Assembly (NCBI GenBank): GCA_029007985.1
Contig: JAQXIW010000026.1
Span: 560 to 64,559, forward strand
From: Oscillospiraceae bacterium
Lineage (GTDB): Bacteria; Bacillota; Clostridia; Oscillospirales; Ruminococcaceae
Length of the DNA stretch: 64,000 nucleotides
Reading direction: 5' to 3'
The translations under genes were made by a program, and so were the position numbers. Within the stretch, counting starts at the first letter, position 1, and every line of letters begins with the position of its first letter. Below the pieces are notes generated by a model. It saw only the letters and a list, made by a program, of their open reading frames with translations. It did not search any database and had not been told where the DNA came from. Below, piece by piece: positions 17,406-26,734 of this stretch.

Positions 17406-18230
17406 ATGATAAAAGTACAGAATTTGAGAAAGGTGTATAAAGTAGGTGATGAAAAGGTTGTTGCTCTTAACAACATTTCGCTGGAAATACCCGACGGTGA
17501 ATTCTGTTGTATCGTGGGTACATCCGGCTCGGGCAAATCCACGCTGTTAAATCAGCTGGCGGGGCTGGAAAAACCTACAAAGGGCAAAGTCAGCATAAAC
17601 GGCAAGCTCATCAGCAAAATGACGGAAAAGGAATTGGCTAAATTCCGCCAGGAATCAATCGGCTTTATTTTCCAGTCCTACAATCTGATGCCGACCTTGA
17701 CGGCTGTGGAAAATGTGGCTTTTCCGCTGATGTTTGCGGGTGTCGGAAAAAAGGAAAGAGAAAAAAGAGCCGCCAAAATGCTGGACCAAATGGGGCTCGG
17801 CCACCGCAAAAATCACAAGCCGGGCGAAATGTCGGGCGGTCAGCAACAGCGTGTGGGCATTGCCAGAGCCTTTGTGGGCAGGCCGTCGGTAATATTTGCC
17901 GACGAGCCGACAGGCAATCTTGACTCGGCTACAACGGAATCCGTAATGGAAATGCTGATAGACATATCGGCAAAAAACAACATAACATTTGTAATGGTCA
18001 CTCACGACCCGGAGCTTGCCAAAAAGGCAAAGAGGGTGATAACGCTTAAAGACGGCAAAGTTATTGCGGACACCCGCGACGGCGTAAGCCTTATGGAAGA
18101 GGATTTGGCCATCGCAAAAGAAGATTCGGACGCAGACAAAAATAAAAACACAGACGAAACAATAAAGTCCGAAAAAAACGCAGAAAAAACCGTTGCGAGC
18201 GAAAAATTGGAGGAAAATAATGAACGGTAA
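17406..18230 (+). CDS. ABC transporter ATP-binding protein (MacB/LolD type) with a charged C-terminal tail
   Basis: Walker A GTSGSGKST, signature SGGQQQRV, Walker B IFADEPTGNLD. Confidence 0.9.
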   Translation: MIKVQNLRKVYKVGDEKVVALNNISLEIPDGEFCCIVGTSGSGKSTLLNQLAGLEKPTKGKVSINGKLISKMTEKELAKFRQESIGFIFQSYNLMPTLTAVENVAFPLMFAGVGKKEREKRAAKMLDQMGLGHRKNHKPGEMSGGQQQRVGIARAFVGRPSVIFADEPTGNLDSATTESVMEMLIDISAKNNITFVMVTHDPELAKKAKRVITLKDGKVIADTRDGVSLMEEDLAIAKEDSDADKNKNTDETIKSEKNAEKTVASEKLEENNER

Positions 18231-19770
18231 TATTAAAAGGGTTGTGTCAGCCTTACTGACACTGAGTCTTGTATTCGGCATGGTGCCTCTCGGCGCATTT
18301 GCCGAGGAGGTATCGCCTTCGTCGGGCTCTTCGTCACAGACAGAGCAGTCGTCTTCACAGGCGTCTGTGTCTTCACTTGCGGACGACGAAGAAACCAATG
18401 CAACGGCTGACGACAATTCAAATTCAGACAGCCGGTCGGATTCCGATTCTTCAGAAGTCACACCGACGCCTACACCGGCACCGTCGGTTGAACACGACGG
18501 CAATATCTATGTATCAAACTATGCGGTAGTTGACAACGGCGGCAATGTTATTTCCAAACTGACCCCGGGCTCAAAGGGCATAGTCGCCGTCACGGTAATT
18601 GACGAGAGAATCCCGGCGGAAATGTTCCCGGGCGTATCCGCCGGCTCAATAACGGGCTATATTCACGCCACAATGACGCAGGGCTCTTTCACAGGCAACA
18701 ATGTTTCCGTCCGTATGAGAGCGCCGGTCAACGGCAAAATTTGCTACACCGTTGAATTCAGAGATGTCACCTATGTGGGCGGCGACAACACATTCAGCTT
18801 TGTTGTGGGATATTCACGGGAAGGGGCCAACGGATATGATGTTGTTCCTTTCGCCGTAGAGCAAAAATTGCTCTCTGTAGTCATTGCACAGGCGGTTGAC
18901 GATGTACCGGCGCCGAATATTATTCTCACAGGCGCAAACTACGGCGGCAATGTGGAGGCAGGCGCTACATTCACTCTTTCAACCGTTGCACAGAACACTT
19001 CCGACAGCCTTGAGCTCGACAATGTGACGGTTAAACTCGTTTTGCCTCAGGGGCTTTCCATCGCCGGCGGCAACAACCAGTATCTCATCGGCAAAGTCGG
19101 CAAAAAAGGTACCGTTAAACAGGCTTTCACTCTAAAAAGCGACGCCATTCAGACAGAGTCCACCACTATGCCTGTAACAGTACAGTATACATTTGAGGCT
19201 TTGGTAAACGGCAAGAGAACAACCTTTACATCAGACCAGCAGATTTCAATAAATGTTACCCAGCCTACCAGATTTACCGTTTCATCGGTGGATTATTCCG
19301 ACACGGTCTATGTGAACGAAGAGGGCTATTGCACGGTAAACCTTGTAAACAAGGGCAAATCCACGGTTTACAATGTAACGGTTGAAATGGTTTCCGACTT
19401 TTTCACACCTGAGGATGTGGATTTTGTCGGCAATATGAACCGGGGTACACAGAACGAATCCGAGATTTCTTTCCGCGCCGATACGGCAGGCTCCGGCAAA
19501 GCCAAAATTGTAGTCACATATGAGGACATGGTGGGCGAGCAGTACAAGATAGAAAAAGAAATCACCGTTGAAGCAATGGAAAACCGGTACAACGACCCGG
19601 GCTTTGTCGACCCGATGCCTATGCCGGAAGAGCCGGAGAAAAAGAGCAACACACCTATCTACATAGGCGTTGGTGCGGCAGCAGTTGCCATTGCAGGCGC
19701 AGTTATATATTTCAAAAAGAAAAAGGCTAAGAGATTAGCAGAGCTTGAGGACGAAGATGAAGATATCTGA
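18220..19770 (+). CDS. Secreted cell-surface protein with a C-terminal TM anchor, encoded between the ABC ATPase and permease genes
   Basis: Signal peptide (VVSALLTLSLVFGMVPLGAFA), S/D/T/P-rich linker, ~400 aa of beta-rich sequence, C-terminal TM (IYIGVGAAAVAIAGAVIYF) and a KKKKAK...EDEDEDI tail. Overlaps both neighbouring genes. Confidence 0.75.
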   Translation: MNGNIKRVVSALLTLSLVFGMVPLGAFAEEVSPSSGSSSQTEQSSSQASVSSLADDEETNATADDNSNSDSRSDSDSSEVTPTPTPAPSVEHDGNIYVSNYAVVDNGGNVISKLTPGSKGIVAVTVIDERIPAEMFPGVSAGSITGYIHATMTQGSFTGNNVSVRMRAPVNGKICYTVEFRDVTYVGGDNTFSFVVGYSREGANGYDVVPFAVEQKLLSVVIAQAVDDVPAPNIILTGANYGGNVEAGATFTLSTVAQNTSDSLELDNVTVKLVLPQGLSIAGGNNQYLIGKVGKKGTVKQAFTLKSDAIQTESTTMPVTVQYTFEALVNGKRTTFTSDQQISINVTQPTRFTVSSVDYSDTVYVNEEGYCTVNLVNKGKSTVYNVTVEMVSDFFTPEDVDFVGNMNRGTQNESEISFRADTAGSGKAKIVVTYEDMVGEQYKIEKEITVEAMENRYNDPGFVDPMPMPEEPEKKSNTPIYIGVGAAAVAIAGAVIYFKKKKAKRLAELEDEDEDI

Positions 19771-21073
19771 TCTTTTACGGCTTTCATTCAATAATCTGAA
19801 AAGGCGAAAAGGCAGAACTTTCCTGACGGTTTTGGGCGTTGTCATCGGCACATGCTCCATTGTGCTGATGGTGTCTATCGGCGTGGCTCTGGAAAAGAGC
19901 TATGACGAGATGCTTCAAGGTTGGGGCGATTTGACGGCTATCGAGGTCTACAAATACGGCTCGTCGACAGACAATGATGTAAAATTGACCGATGCCGTCG
20001 TGGATTCGTTTTTAGAGCTGCCTAATGTCACGGTTGCTACGCCTGTTTACAGCCCGAGCGTGTCGTTACAGGTGGTGTCCGGCAATAACGATAAATATCA
20101 GGCGTACGCCCAGATTAAAGCGATGAGAAAATCCGCCATCGAGGCATACGGCTATGAAATAGTCGAGGGCACAATGCCGAGCGAGCACGAAAAATCTTTC
20201 ACCGTGCTTTTCGGTGAAGATTATGCCTATGAATTCCAGAACACAAAAAAGAAAAACAACAATTATGTAAGCAAATACGATGTGGACGCCGACGGCAATC
20301 CGCCTGACCCGTTTGTCGACCCTATGCACGACAAATTTTACATTGTCGCAAAGGGGTGGGAAGAGGACAGTAAAGAGTACAGAGTGCAGCTGAATGTTTC
20401 CGGCAGAGTCAAGGGCGACTATTCAAAGGGCTATGAAACGGTCTACGGTATGATAATGGATATCGAGGATGTCATCGCCATTGAGAAAGAGTACAACAAA
20501 CTCAACAACATCAAGACCGATAAAAATAAAGAGCGCACCTACACCGATGCCATAGTCAAAGTCAACGATATGAAAAATGTCGAGGATGTGGAACGGGCAA
20601 TAAAAGCCATGGGCTTTGAGACCTACTCGATGTCCTCCACCCGTGACGAATTGAAAAAAGAGACGCGGATAATTGAGATGATTCTCGGCGGTCTGGGCGG
20701 TATTGCCATGCTGGTATCTGCCATTTCCATCGCGAATACCATGACAATGGCTATTTACGAGAGAACAAAGGAAATCGGCGTTATGAAAGTTTTGGGCTGT
20801 GAGCTGAGAGATATTAAAAATATGTTCCTGTCCGAAGCGGCATTTATCGGCTTTTTGGGCGGTGCAACCGGGCTTGCAATAAGTTTGGCAATATCCAAAC
20901 TGCTCAACACTATCGCCGGCTCTATGATGGGCGGCACTAAAATGTCCGTTATTCCGCCGTGGCTGGCAATATTCAGCCTTTGCTTCGCCACATTGGTAGG
21001 CATTATTTCAGGCTATATACCTGCTGTCAGGGCAGTTAAAATTACCGCATTGTCGGCTATCAGACACGAATAA
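19757..21073 (+). CDS. ABC transporter permease, FtsX/MacB family
   Basis: N-terminal NLKRRKGRTFLTVLGVVIG TM, large extracytoplasmic domain, and a C-terminal FtsX-type 3-TM bundle (ERTKEIGVMKVLG). Confidence 0.9.
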   Translation: MKISDLLRLSFNNLKRRKGRTFLTVLGVVIGTCSIVLMVSIGVALEKSYDEMLQGWGDLTAIEVYKYGSSTDNDVKLTDAVVDSFLELPNVTVATPVYSPSVSLQVVSGNNDKYQAYAQIKAMRKSAIEAYGYEIVEGTMPSEHEKSFTVLFGEDYAYEFQNTKKKNNNYVSKYDVDADGNPPDPFVDPMHDKFYIVAKGWEEDSKEYRVQLNVSGRVKGDYSKGYETVYGMIMDIEDVIAIEKEYNKLNNIKTDKNKERTYTDAIVKVNDMKNVEDVERAIKAMGFETYSMSSTRDELKKETRIIEMILGGLGGIAMLVSAISIANTMTMAIYERTKEIGVMKVLGCELRDIKNMFLSEAAFIGFLGGATGLAISLAISKLLNTIAGSMMGGTKMSVIPPWLAIFSLCFATLVGIISGYIPAVRAVKITALSAIRHE

Positions 21074-21085
21074 AGCTATACATAA

Positions 21086-21110
21086 AGACGGCGCAAAGCC
21101 GTCTTTTTTG
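21086..21110 (+). terminator. Rho-independent terminator
   Basis: AGACGGC-GCAAA-GCCGTCT followed by TTTTTG. Confidence 0.8.
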
Positions 21111-21329
21111 TTGAATGAAATGCGGCTAACGGCTTTTTTGTTTGCAAAAGACCGACTGAGAGAGTGTGCGGATTTTGCAGATAATGATTCAGAGCAAGGC
21201 TCATTCAAGTAAATTCCGTGTAATAATTTTTAATTTATACTTAAATTGCATAATACAGATTGCTATTTGAATTTCTTTTTTCTTAATATGTGATATAATG
21301 TTCACTACATTAACTGTTTGGAGAGAAAA

Positions 21330-21701
21330 ATGACATTAAAGGAAAGAGCCGAGAGGCTGAAAAGCGATATACCCCGGGTGTATCTTTGCTTTATGGACGG
21401 CGAAACGCCGCTGCCGGCAAAAATCGCCGCCGCTGCTCGGGTAGTTTACGCCCTGTCGCCGATAGATTTTATACCGGATTTTATACCGGTGCTGGGGGCT
21501 TTGGACGATTTGATAATTTTGCCGCTGCTGGTCGCCCTTGCAATAAAGCTCATCCCGAAAGCCGTGTGGGATAAAAACTACGCTCTGTCCCGGGATTTGT
21601 GGCAAAACGGCAGACCTGAGCGGTGGTATTACTCAATACCCATCATAATTCTGTGGGCAATTATAATTTATCGGGCAGTTTATTCGTTTTTTATTAAGTA
21701 A
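21330..21701 (+). CDS. YkvA/DUF1232 family membrane protein
   Basis: YALSPIDFIPDFIPVLGALDDLIILP motif. Start set at the ATG after GGAGAG. Confidence 0.8.
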   Translation: MTLKERAERLKSDIPRVYLCFMDGETPLPAKIAAAARVVYALSPIDFIPDFIPVLGALDDLIILPLLVALAIKLIPKAVWDKNYALSRDLWQNGRPERWYYSIPIIILWAIIIYRAVYSFFIK

Positions 21702-21712
21702 AGGAGAAAGAT

Positions 21713-22210
21713 ATGAAAATGACATCCGCACAGGCGGCAAAACTTTTAAGAAGTCTCAACGACGAGCTTTTTGATTTGCTGTCAAATGAAAACAATACCA
21801 AGACATTTACCGCGCGGACAAGCGAGGACATCGAGAGCGTCCGCCCGGAATACGACTATGGCGACACGCTTGCAAAACAGATTGAATTGCAGACAAAAAT
21901 CCGCAAGCTCAAACACAGAATCAATGTATTCAATTCCGTCACCGTCATTGGGGAATTTGATATGACCATAGACGAAATGCTGGTTTATATCCCACAGCTG
22001 ACAAGCATGAAAAACAAGCTGGCGTCAATGAAAGATATTTTGCCGAAACAGAGAGACAGAGCCTATCGGGCGACCGGCGTTATCGACTATATTTATGCCA
22101 ACTATGATGTTTCAAAGGCTAAAGAGGATTACCTTAAAACCGCCGACGAGCTGGCAAGAGCGCAAACTGCCCTGGATTTTGTCAACAACACGGTTGAGTT
22201 TGACTTTTAA
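21713..22210 (+). CDS. Hypothetical coiled-coil protein
   Basis: 165-aa ORF with RBS AAAGGAGAAAG. No family recognised. Confidence 0.55.
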   Translation: MKMTSAQAAKLLRSLNDELFDLLSNENNTKTFTARTSEDIESVRPEYDYGDTLAKQIELQTKIRKLKHRINVFNSVTVIGEFDMTIDEMLVYIPQLTSMKNKLASMKDILPKQRDRAYRATGVIDYIYANYDVSKAKEDYLKTADELARAQTALDFVNNTVEFDF

Positions 22211-22434
22211 GCGGCTTTCCGTCCGACGACGATTATTTTTTGCTTAATGAGCAGTTTTAGGTTTAATGTAAAGGTTTTTGTTTTTTGTTATTCTTTTATT
22301 TATAAGTTTAAGTTTATTGTCAAAGAGAGTACAGAAAAATGAATCCTTTTAATCGATGTCGGAAAAAACTTTTTCGGCGGCGGAAGTACGGTTTCAAACC
22401 GCCGGCATTTTGCAAAAAAAATGTATTCCTTTTG

Positions 22435-22463
22435 TTGACAAATGTGTATTACGGGAGTATAAT
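22435..22463 (+). promoter_or_regulatory. Sigma-A type promoter of the T-box leader
   Basis: TTGACA, 17-nt spacer, TATAAT. Confidence 0.75.
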
Positions 22464-22474
22464 CACGGTATAAA

Positions 22475-22731
22475 CCATTGAATGAGAATAGTAGCTTTAC
22501 TGCTTTGATTCAGAGAGTGCGCGGTGGGTGCGAGCGCATGAAAGGGCGTAGAGCGAATGGGCTCATGAGGGCGGCAGGAAAGCGAATGCGAGTAATGGCC
22601 GACGGGATACGCGTCCGTTATCAGAGCGTTGCGTGTATATGCACGCAAAATGAGTGGCGTTTTTACGCAAACCGGGTGGTACCGCAGAGATTTATCTTTG
22701 TCCCAGTGATTTAGTGGGGCAAAGTTTTTTT
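22475..22731 (+). promoter_or_regulatory. T-box riboswitch leader, specifier UGC (Cys), with terminator
   Basis: Stem I base CCATT/AATGG, AGTA S-turn, AGAGAG bulge, and GGTGGGTGCGA distal loop. Upper stem GCTTTACTGC/GCAGGAAAGC is followed by GAA-TGC-G (22584-22590). T-box sequence AACCGGGTGGTACCGCAG at 22669-22686. Terminator CTTTGTCCC...GGGGCAAAG plus T7 at 22696-22731. Confidence 0.85.
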
Positions 22732-22766
22732 ATTGCCCCGAAACAAAAATTTCGGAGGGTTTGAAA

Positions 22767-23933
22767 ATGATCGACTACATGAACGAAGCAAAAGCAATTT
22801 TTGAGGAAGTGAGAGAAAACAGAAGATACCTGCATCGGCACGCAGAGGGCGGTTTTGATTTGGAAAACACCGTAAAGTTTATCGATGAAAAGCTGACAGA
22901 AATGGGCATCGAGCACAGAAAATGCGGCAGAGCCGGTATCGTTGCGAAGGTCGGCAAAGGCGATAAGTGCGTTCTTTTGCGCGCGGATATGGACGCTTTG
23001 CCGATGAAAGAGGTCGCAGATGTGCCGTTTGCCTCAAATACGGGCTACACACATTCATGCGGCCACGACTGTCATGCAACCACCCTTTTGGGCGCGGCAA
23101 AAATACTCAAAGCCCACGAGAGCGAGCTTTGCGGCGTGGTTAAATTTATGTTCCAGCCGGCTGAAGAGCTGCTGCAGGGCGCGTTGGATATGGTAAATGA
23201 CGGCGTTTTGGAAAACCCAAAGGTCGACGCCGCATTCGGCACACACATTTCCGTCGGCAAACCGGGCTCAACCGTCGGCACGATGACTTATTCCGCCGGC
23301 CCGGCTCTCTATTCCGGCGATATGGTTACTTTGGAAGTCTTCGGCAAACAGTCACACGGCGCGGCTGCCTATGCCGGCGTTGACGCCATAAATATTGCGG
23401 CCCACATTGTAATCGCCTTGGAGGAAATCATCGCCAGAGAAATACCGATGGACGATAGCGCCGTTGTGCTGGTGGGTAAAATCGAGGGCGGAGATTCCTG
23501 TAACACAACTGCCGGCTATGCCAAGCTGGAGGTATCCGCCAGAGCGCAGACAGAGGAAAAGAGACAGTTTTTGCTCAAACGCATTGAGGAAATCTCAAAG
23601 GGCGTGGCCGCCACATACAGAGGCAGAGTGGAATACACCCACAACTACGGTATGTCTCCGCTGGTATGCGATGAAAAGATCGCCGCGATAGGTGCAAAAG
23701 CAGCCGAAGATTTGGGTATGAAAGTCACCTGTCTGCCGACAGCCGGCGGCACTGAGGACTTCACCGCCGTGGCAAACTTAGTGCCTGCCGTTATGCTCAA
23801 TGTGGGCGCAGGCTCTCTGGAGGAAGGTCACACCTGCGGCCATCACAATCCGGGCTTTGTGGTTGACGAGGGCGTGTTGGTCTACGAGACCGCTCTATAC
23901 TGCAAATGCGCCGTAGACTACCTGTCAAAATAA
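22767..23933 (+). CDS. M20D family amidohydrolase (N-acyl-L-amino acid amidohydrolase / aminoacylase type)
   Basis: LRADMDALPM, HSCGHDCH and FQPAEE metal-ligand blocks. Start set at the ATG 8 nt after GGAGGG. Confidence 0.9.
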   Translation: MIDYMNEAKAIFEEVRENRRYLHRHAEGGFDLENTVKFIDEKLTEMGIEHRKCGRAGIVAKVGKGDKCVLLRADMDALPMKEVADVPFASNTGYTHSCGHDCHATTLLGAAKILKAHESELCGVVKFMFQPAEELLQGALDMVNDGVLENPKVDAAFGTHISVGKPGSTVGTMTYSAGPALYSGDMVTLEVFGKQSHGAAAYAGVDAINIAAHIVIALEEIIAREIPMDDSAVVLVGKIEGGDSCNTTAGYAKLEVSARAQTEEKRQFLLKRIEEISKGVAATYRGRVEYTHNYGMSPLVCDEKIAAIGAKAAEDLGMKVTCLPTAGGTEDFTAVANLVPAVMLNVGAGSLEEGHTCGHHNPGFVVDEGVLVYETALYCKCAVDYLSK

Positions 23934-24115
23934 AACTGCACATACTTTTTACATAATAAACTCCTTTTTAATATAATATCGTCATTTTGAACAAAAGGCT
24001 GCATTTTTTGCAGTCTTTTTTCTGTTTACTGAAATTATTTTTTGGTTGCACTATGCTAACTACTGTGCTATAATACAGTTAGCCAATGATAACATTATTT
24101 ATGGAGGCTTTCAAA

Positions 24116-26458
24116 ATGACAATTAAAGATATGAATATAGGCGATTCCGCCGTTGTAAACGAGGTGGGCGGCGAGGGCTCTCTGCGCCAACACTTTTTGG
24201 ATATGGGCGTTATCCCGGGCACAGTCGTCACAATAGTTAAATACGCCCCGATGGGCGACCCGGTGGAAATCCGTCTGCACGGCTACGAGCTGACATTGAG
24301 GCTTGCCGACTGTGAAAAAATCACCGTCACTCCATGCAAACCCGAGACGGAAAAGGCGAGTGCGGATATTCTGTTTACGGATTTAGACCACCCGGGTTTA
24401 GGTCAGGGCGGCATATATCACAAATCCGGAGACGGCGCCGAGCTGCCTCGGAACACGATTCTTTCATTCGCGCTGGTGGGCAATCAAAACTGCGGCAAGA
24501 CCACGCTGTTCAACCGGCTGACCGGCTCTAATCAGCATGTGGGCAATTTCCCGGGCGTAACCGTCGACAGAAAGGACGGCTCGATAAAGGGCTACCCGAA
24601 CACCGTCGTCACGGATTTGCCGGGCATATATTCGCTTTCGCCTTATTCGGCGGAGGAGATTGTTTCCAGAGATTTTGTGCTCAACGAAAAGCCAAAGGGC
24701 ATTATAAACATCGTAGACGCCACAAACATTGAGAGAAATATGTATCTCACAATGCAGCTTTTGGAAATGAACATTCCTATGGTAATAGCGCTGAATATGA
24801 TGGACGAAATGACCGGCAACGGCGGCTCAATCGACATCAACAATATGGAGAGAATACTCGGCGTGCCGGTTGTACCGATTTCAGCCGCCAAAAATCAGGG
24901 TATCGAAGAGCTGGTAAACCACGCAATTCATGTTGCGAAATATAGGGAAAAGCCGCAGAGACAGGATTTCTGCGACCCGAGAGACAGAAACGGCGCGGTA
25001 CACAGAGCTTTGCACAGCATTATTCACTTAATTCACGATCACGCTTACAGACGGGGCATACCGGTGAGATTTGCGGCGTCAAAGCTTTGCGAGGGCGACC
25101 GGCTGATTTTGGACAAACTGGGTTTGGACGGCAACGAAAAGGAATTGCTGGAGCACATTCTCATTCAGATGGAGACGGAATCCGGCCTGGACAGAAACGC
25201 CGCCGTAGCGGAGATGAGGTTCAACTTCATTCAAAAGGTCTGCGGCGCGACGGTCAAAAAGCCGCGCGAGAGCCGTGAGCACATACGCTCGCAGAAAATC
25301 GACAAAATTCTCACCGGCAAATATACGGCTATACCGGCTTTTGCCGCCATAATGCTGGGGGTTTTCTATCTAACCTTCAATGTAATCGGTGCGTTTTTCC
25401 AGGGCATACTTGAAAGCGGCGTAGACCGGCTGACCGTTGCTGTCGATGTGCTTTTTACAAATCTTAACATCAATCCGGCTCTGCACCGTCTTGTGATAGA
25501 GGGTATTTTCGGCGGTGTCGGCTCGGTGGTCAGCTTTTTACCTATCATCGTCACCCTGTTTTTCTTCCTGTCGCTGTTGGAGGATTCCGGCTACATCGCC
25601 CGTGTGGCGTTTGTCATGGACAAGCTGCTCAGAAAAATAGGTCTTTCCGGCCGTTCCATCGTGCCTATGCTCATAGGCTTCGGCTGTACCGTGCCGGCGG
25701 TTATGGCGACGAGAACGCTCCCGTCGGAAAGAGACAGAAAAATGACGGTTATTTTGACGCCGTTTATGTCCTGTACGGCTAAATTGCCTATATACGCCTT
25801 TTTTGTAGACGCGTTTTTCCCTCGTCATGGCGGCTTTGTGATGACAGGTCTGTATTTAGTGGGCATTGTTGTGGGTATTGCCGTGGCGTTTCTTTTCAAA
25901 AACACGGTTTTCAAAGGCGAGGCAGTGCCTTTCGTTATGGAATTGCCTAACTATCGTATGCCGGGGGCAAAAAATGTCGCGATGCTCTTATGGGACAAGG
26001 CAAAGGACTTCTTGCAAAGGGCGTTCACCGTCATTTTAGTGGCGACGGTTGTCGTATGGATTTTGCAAAACTTTGACGCAGGGTTCAACATCACTTCCGA
26101 CCGGTCAAAGAGCATACTCGCCCTTGTCGCCGGTAAGATTTCGCCGATTTTCGCCCCGATTGGTCTGAACGACTGGCGAATCACCACATCGCTTTTCACC
26201 GGTTTTATGGCAAAAGAGAGCGTTGTGTCTACAATGGAAATTCTGTTTGGCTCGCGGGGCGGAGTCGAGGCGGCGCTATCGTCCTTACAGGCGGCTTCGC
26301 TGCTGATTTTCAGCCTTTTGTACACACCGTGTGTTGCGGCGGTGGCGGCAATTAAAAACGAAATGGGCGCAAAATGGGCTGTCGGCGTGGTCGTCTGGCA
26401 ATGCGTCGTAGCCTGGCTTATGTCCTTTGTCGTATACAACATCGGCGCACTTTTGTGA
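24116..26458 (+). CDS. feoB: Ferrous iron transporter, FeoA-FeoB fusion
   Basis: N-terminal FeoA SH3-like domain (GDSAVVNEV...GTVVTIVKYAPMGDPVEI). G domain ALVGNQNCGKTTLFN, DLPGIYSL, ALNMMD. Polytopic C-terminal permease. Start set at the ATG after GGAGG. Confidence 0.9.
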   Translation: MTIKDMNIGDSAVVNEVGGEGSLRQHFLDMGVIPGTVVTIVKYAPMGDPVEIRLHGYELTLRLADCEKITVTPCKPETEKASADILFTDLDHPGLGQGGIYHKSGDGAELPRNTILSFALVGNQNCGKTTLFNRLTGSNQHVGNFPGVTVDRKDGSIKGYPNTVVTDLPGIYSLSPYSAEEIVSRDFVLNEKPKGIINIVDATNIERNMYLTMQLLEMNIPMVIALNMMDEMTGNGGSIDINNMERILGVPVVPISAAKNQGIEELVNHAIHVAKYREKPQRQDFCDPRDRNGAVHRALHSIIHLIHDHAYRRGIPVRFAASKLCEGDRLILDKLGLDGNEKELLEHILIQMETESGLDRNAAVAEMRFNFIQKVCGATVKKPRESREHIRSQKIDKILTGKYTAIPAFAAIMLGVFYLTFNVIGAFFQGILESGVDRLTVAVDVLFTNLNINPALHRLVIEGIFGGVGSVVSFLPIIVTLFFFLSLLEDSGYIARVAFVMDKLLRKIGLSGRSIVPMLIGFGCTVPAVMATRTLPSERDRKMTVILTPFMSCTAKLPIYAFFVDAFFPRHGGFVMTGLYLVGIVVGIAVAFLFKNTVFKGEAVPFVMELPNYRMPGAKNVAMLLWDKAKDFLQRAFTVILVATVVVWILQNFDAGFNITSDRSKSILALVAGKISPIFAPIGLNDWRITTSLFTGFMAKESVVSTMEILFGSRGGVEAALSSLQAASLLIFSLLYTPCVAAVAAIKNEMGAKWAVGVVVWQCVVAWLMSFVVYNIGALL

Positions 26459-26467
26459 GGTATAATT

Positions 26468-26614
26468 ATGAATATATTTGACATCATCATCGCCGGGGCG
26501 GTTGTTTTAGCCGTCGGTCTGGCGATTGCACAGATAATAAAAAACCAAAAAAACGGCAAGAGCTGCTCCTGTAACTGCCGGGGCTGCCCTCACAGCTGTA
26601 AAAAGGAAGTATAA
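26468..26614 (+). CDS. FeoB-associated Cys-rich small membrane protein (48 aa, below the ORF-track cutoff)
   Basis: MNIFDIIIAGAVVLAVGLAIAQIIKNQKNGKSCSCNCRGCPHSCKKEV: one TM plus a C-terminal Cys cluster. Starts 10 nt after the feoB stop. Confidence 0.7.
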   Translation: MNIFDIIIAGAVVLAVGLAIAQIIKNQKNGKSCSCNCRGCPHSCKKEV

Positions 26615-26621
26615 AAATTTT

Positions 26622-26652
26622 GCCCGGTACAGCGAATGTATCGGGCTTTTTT
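26622..26652 (+). terminator. Rho-independent terminator of the feo operon
   Basis: GCCCGGTAC-AGCGAAT-GTATCGGGC followed by TTTTTT. Confidence 0.8.
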
Positions 26653-26734
26653 ATAAAAATATTGATAATCAATTTGCAGTTGTGATATAATATTTATACT
26701 TATTTTATGAATATTTTACATGTGAGGTGCTGTT

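Noticed and set aside
22339-22464. 41-codon ORF (MNPFNRCRKK...) upstream of the T-box.
   Set aside because: It has no RBS and overlaps the T-box promoter. Its basic, low-complexity composition suggests a chance ORF.
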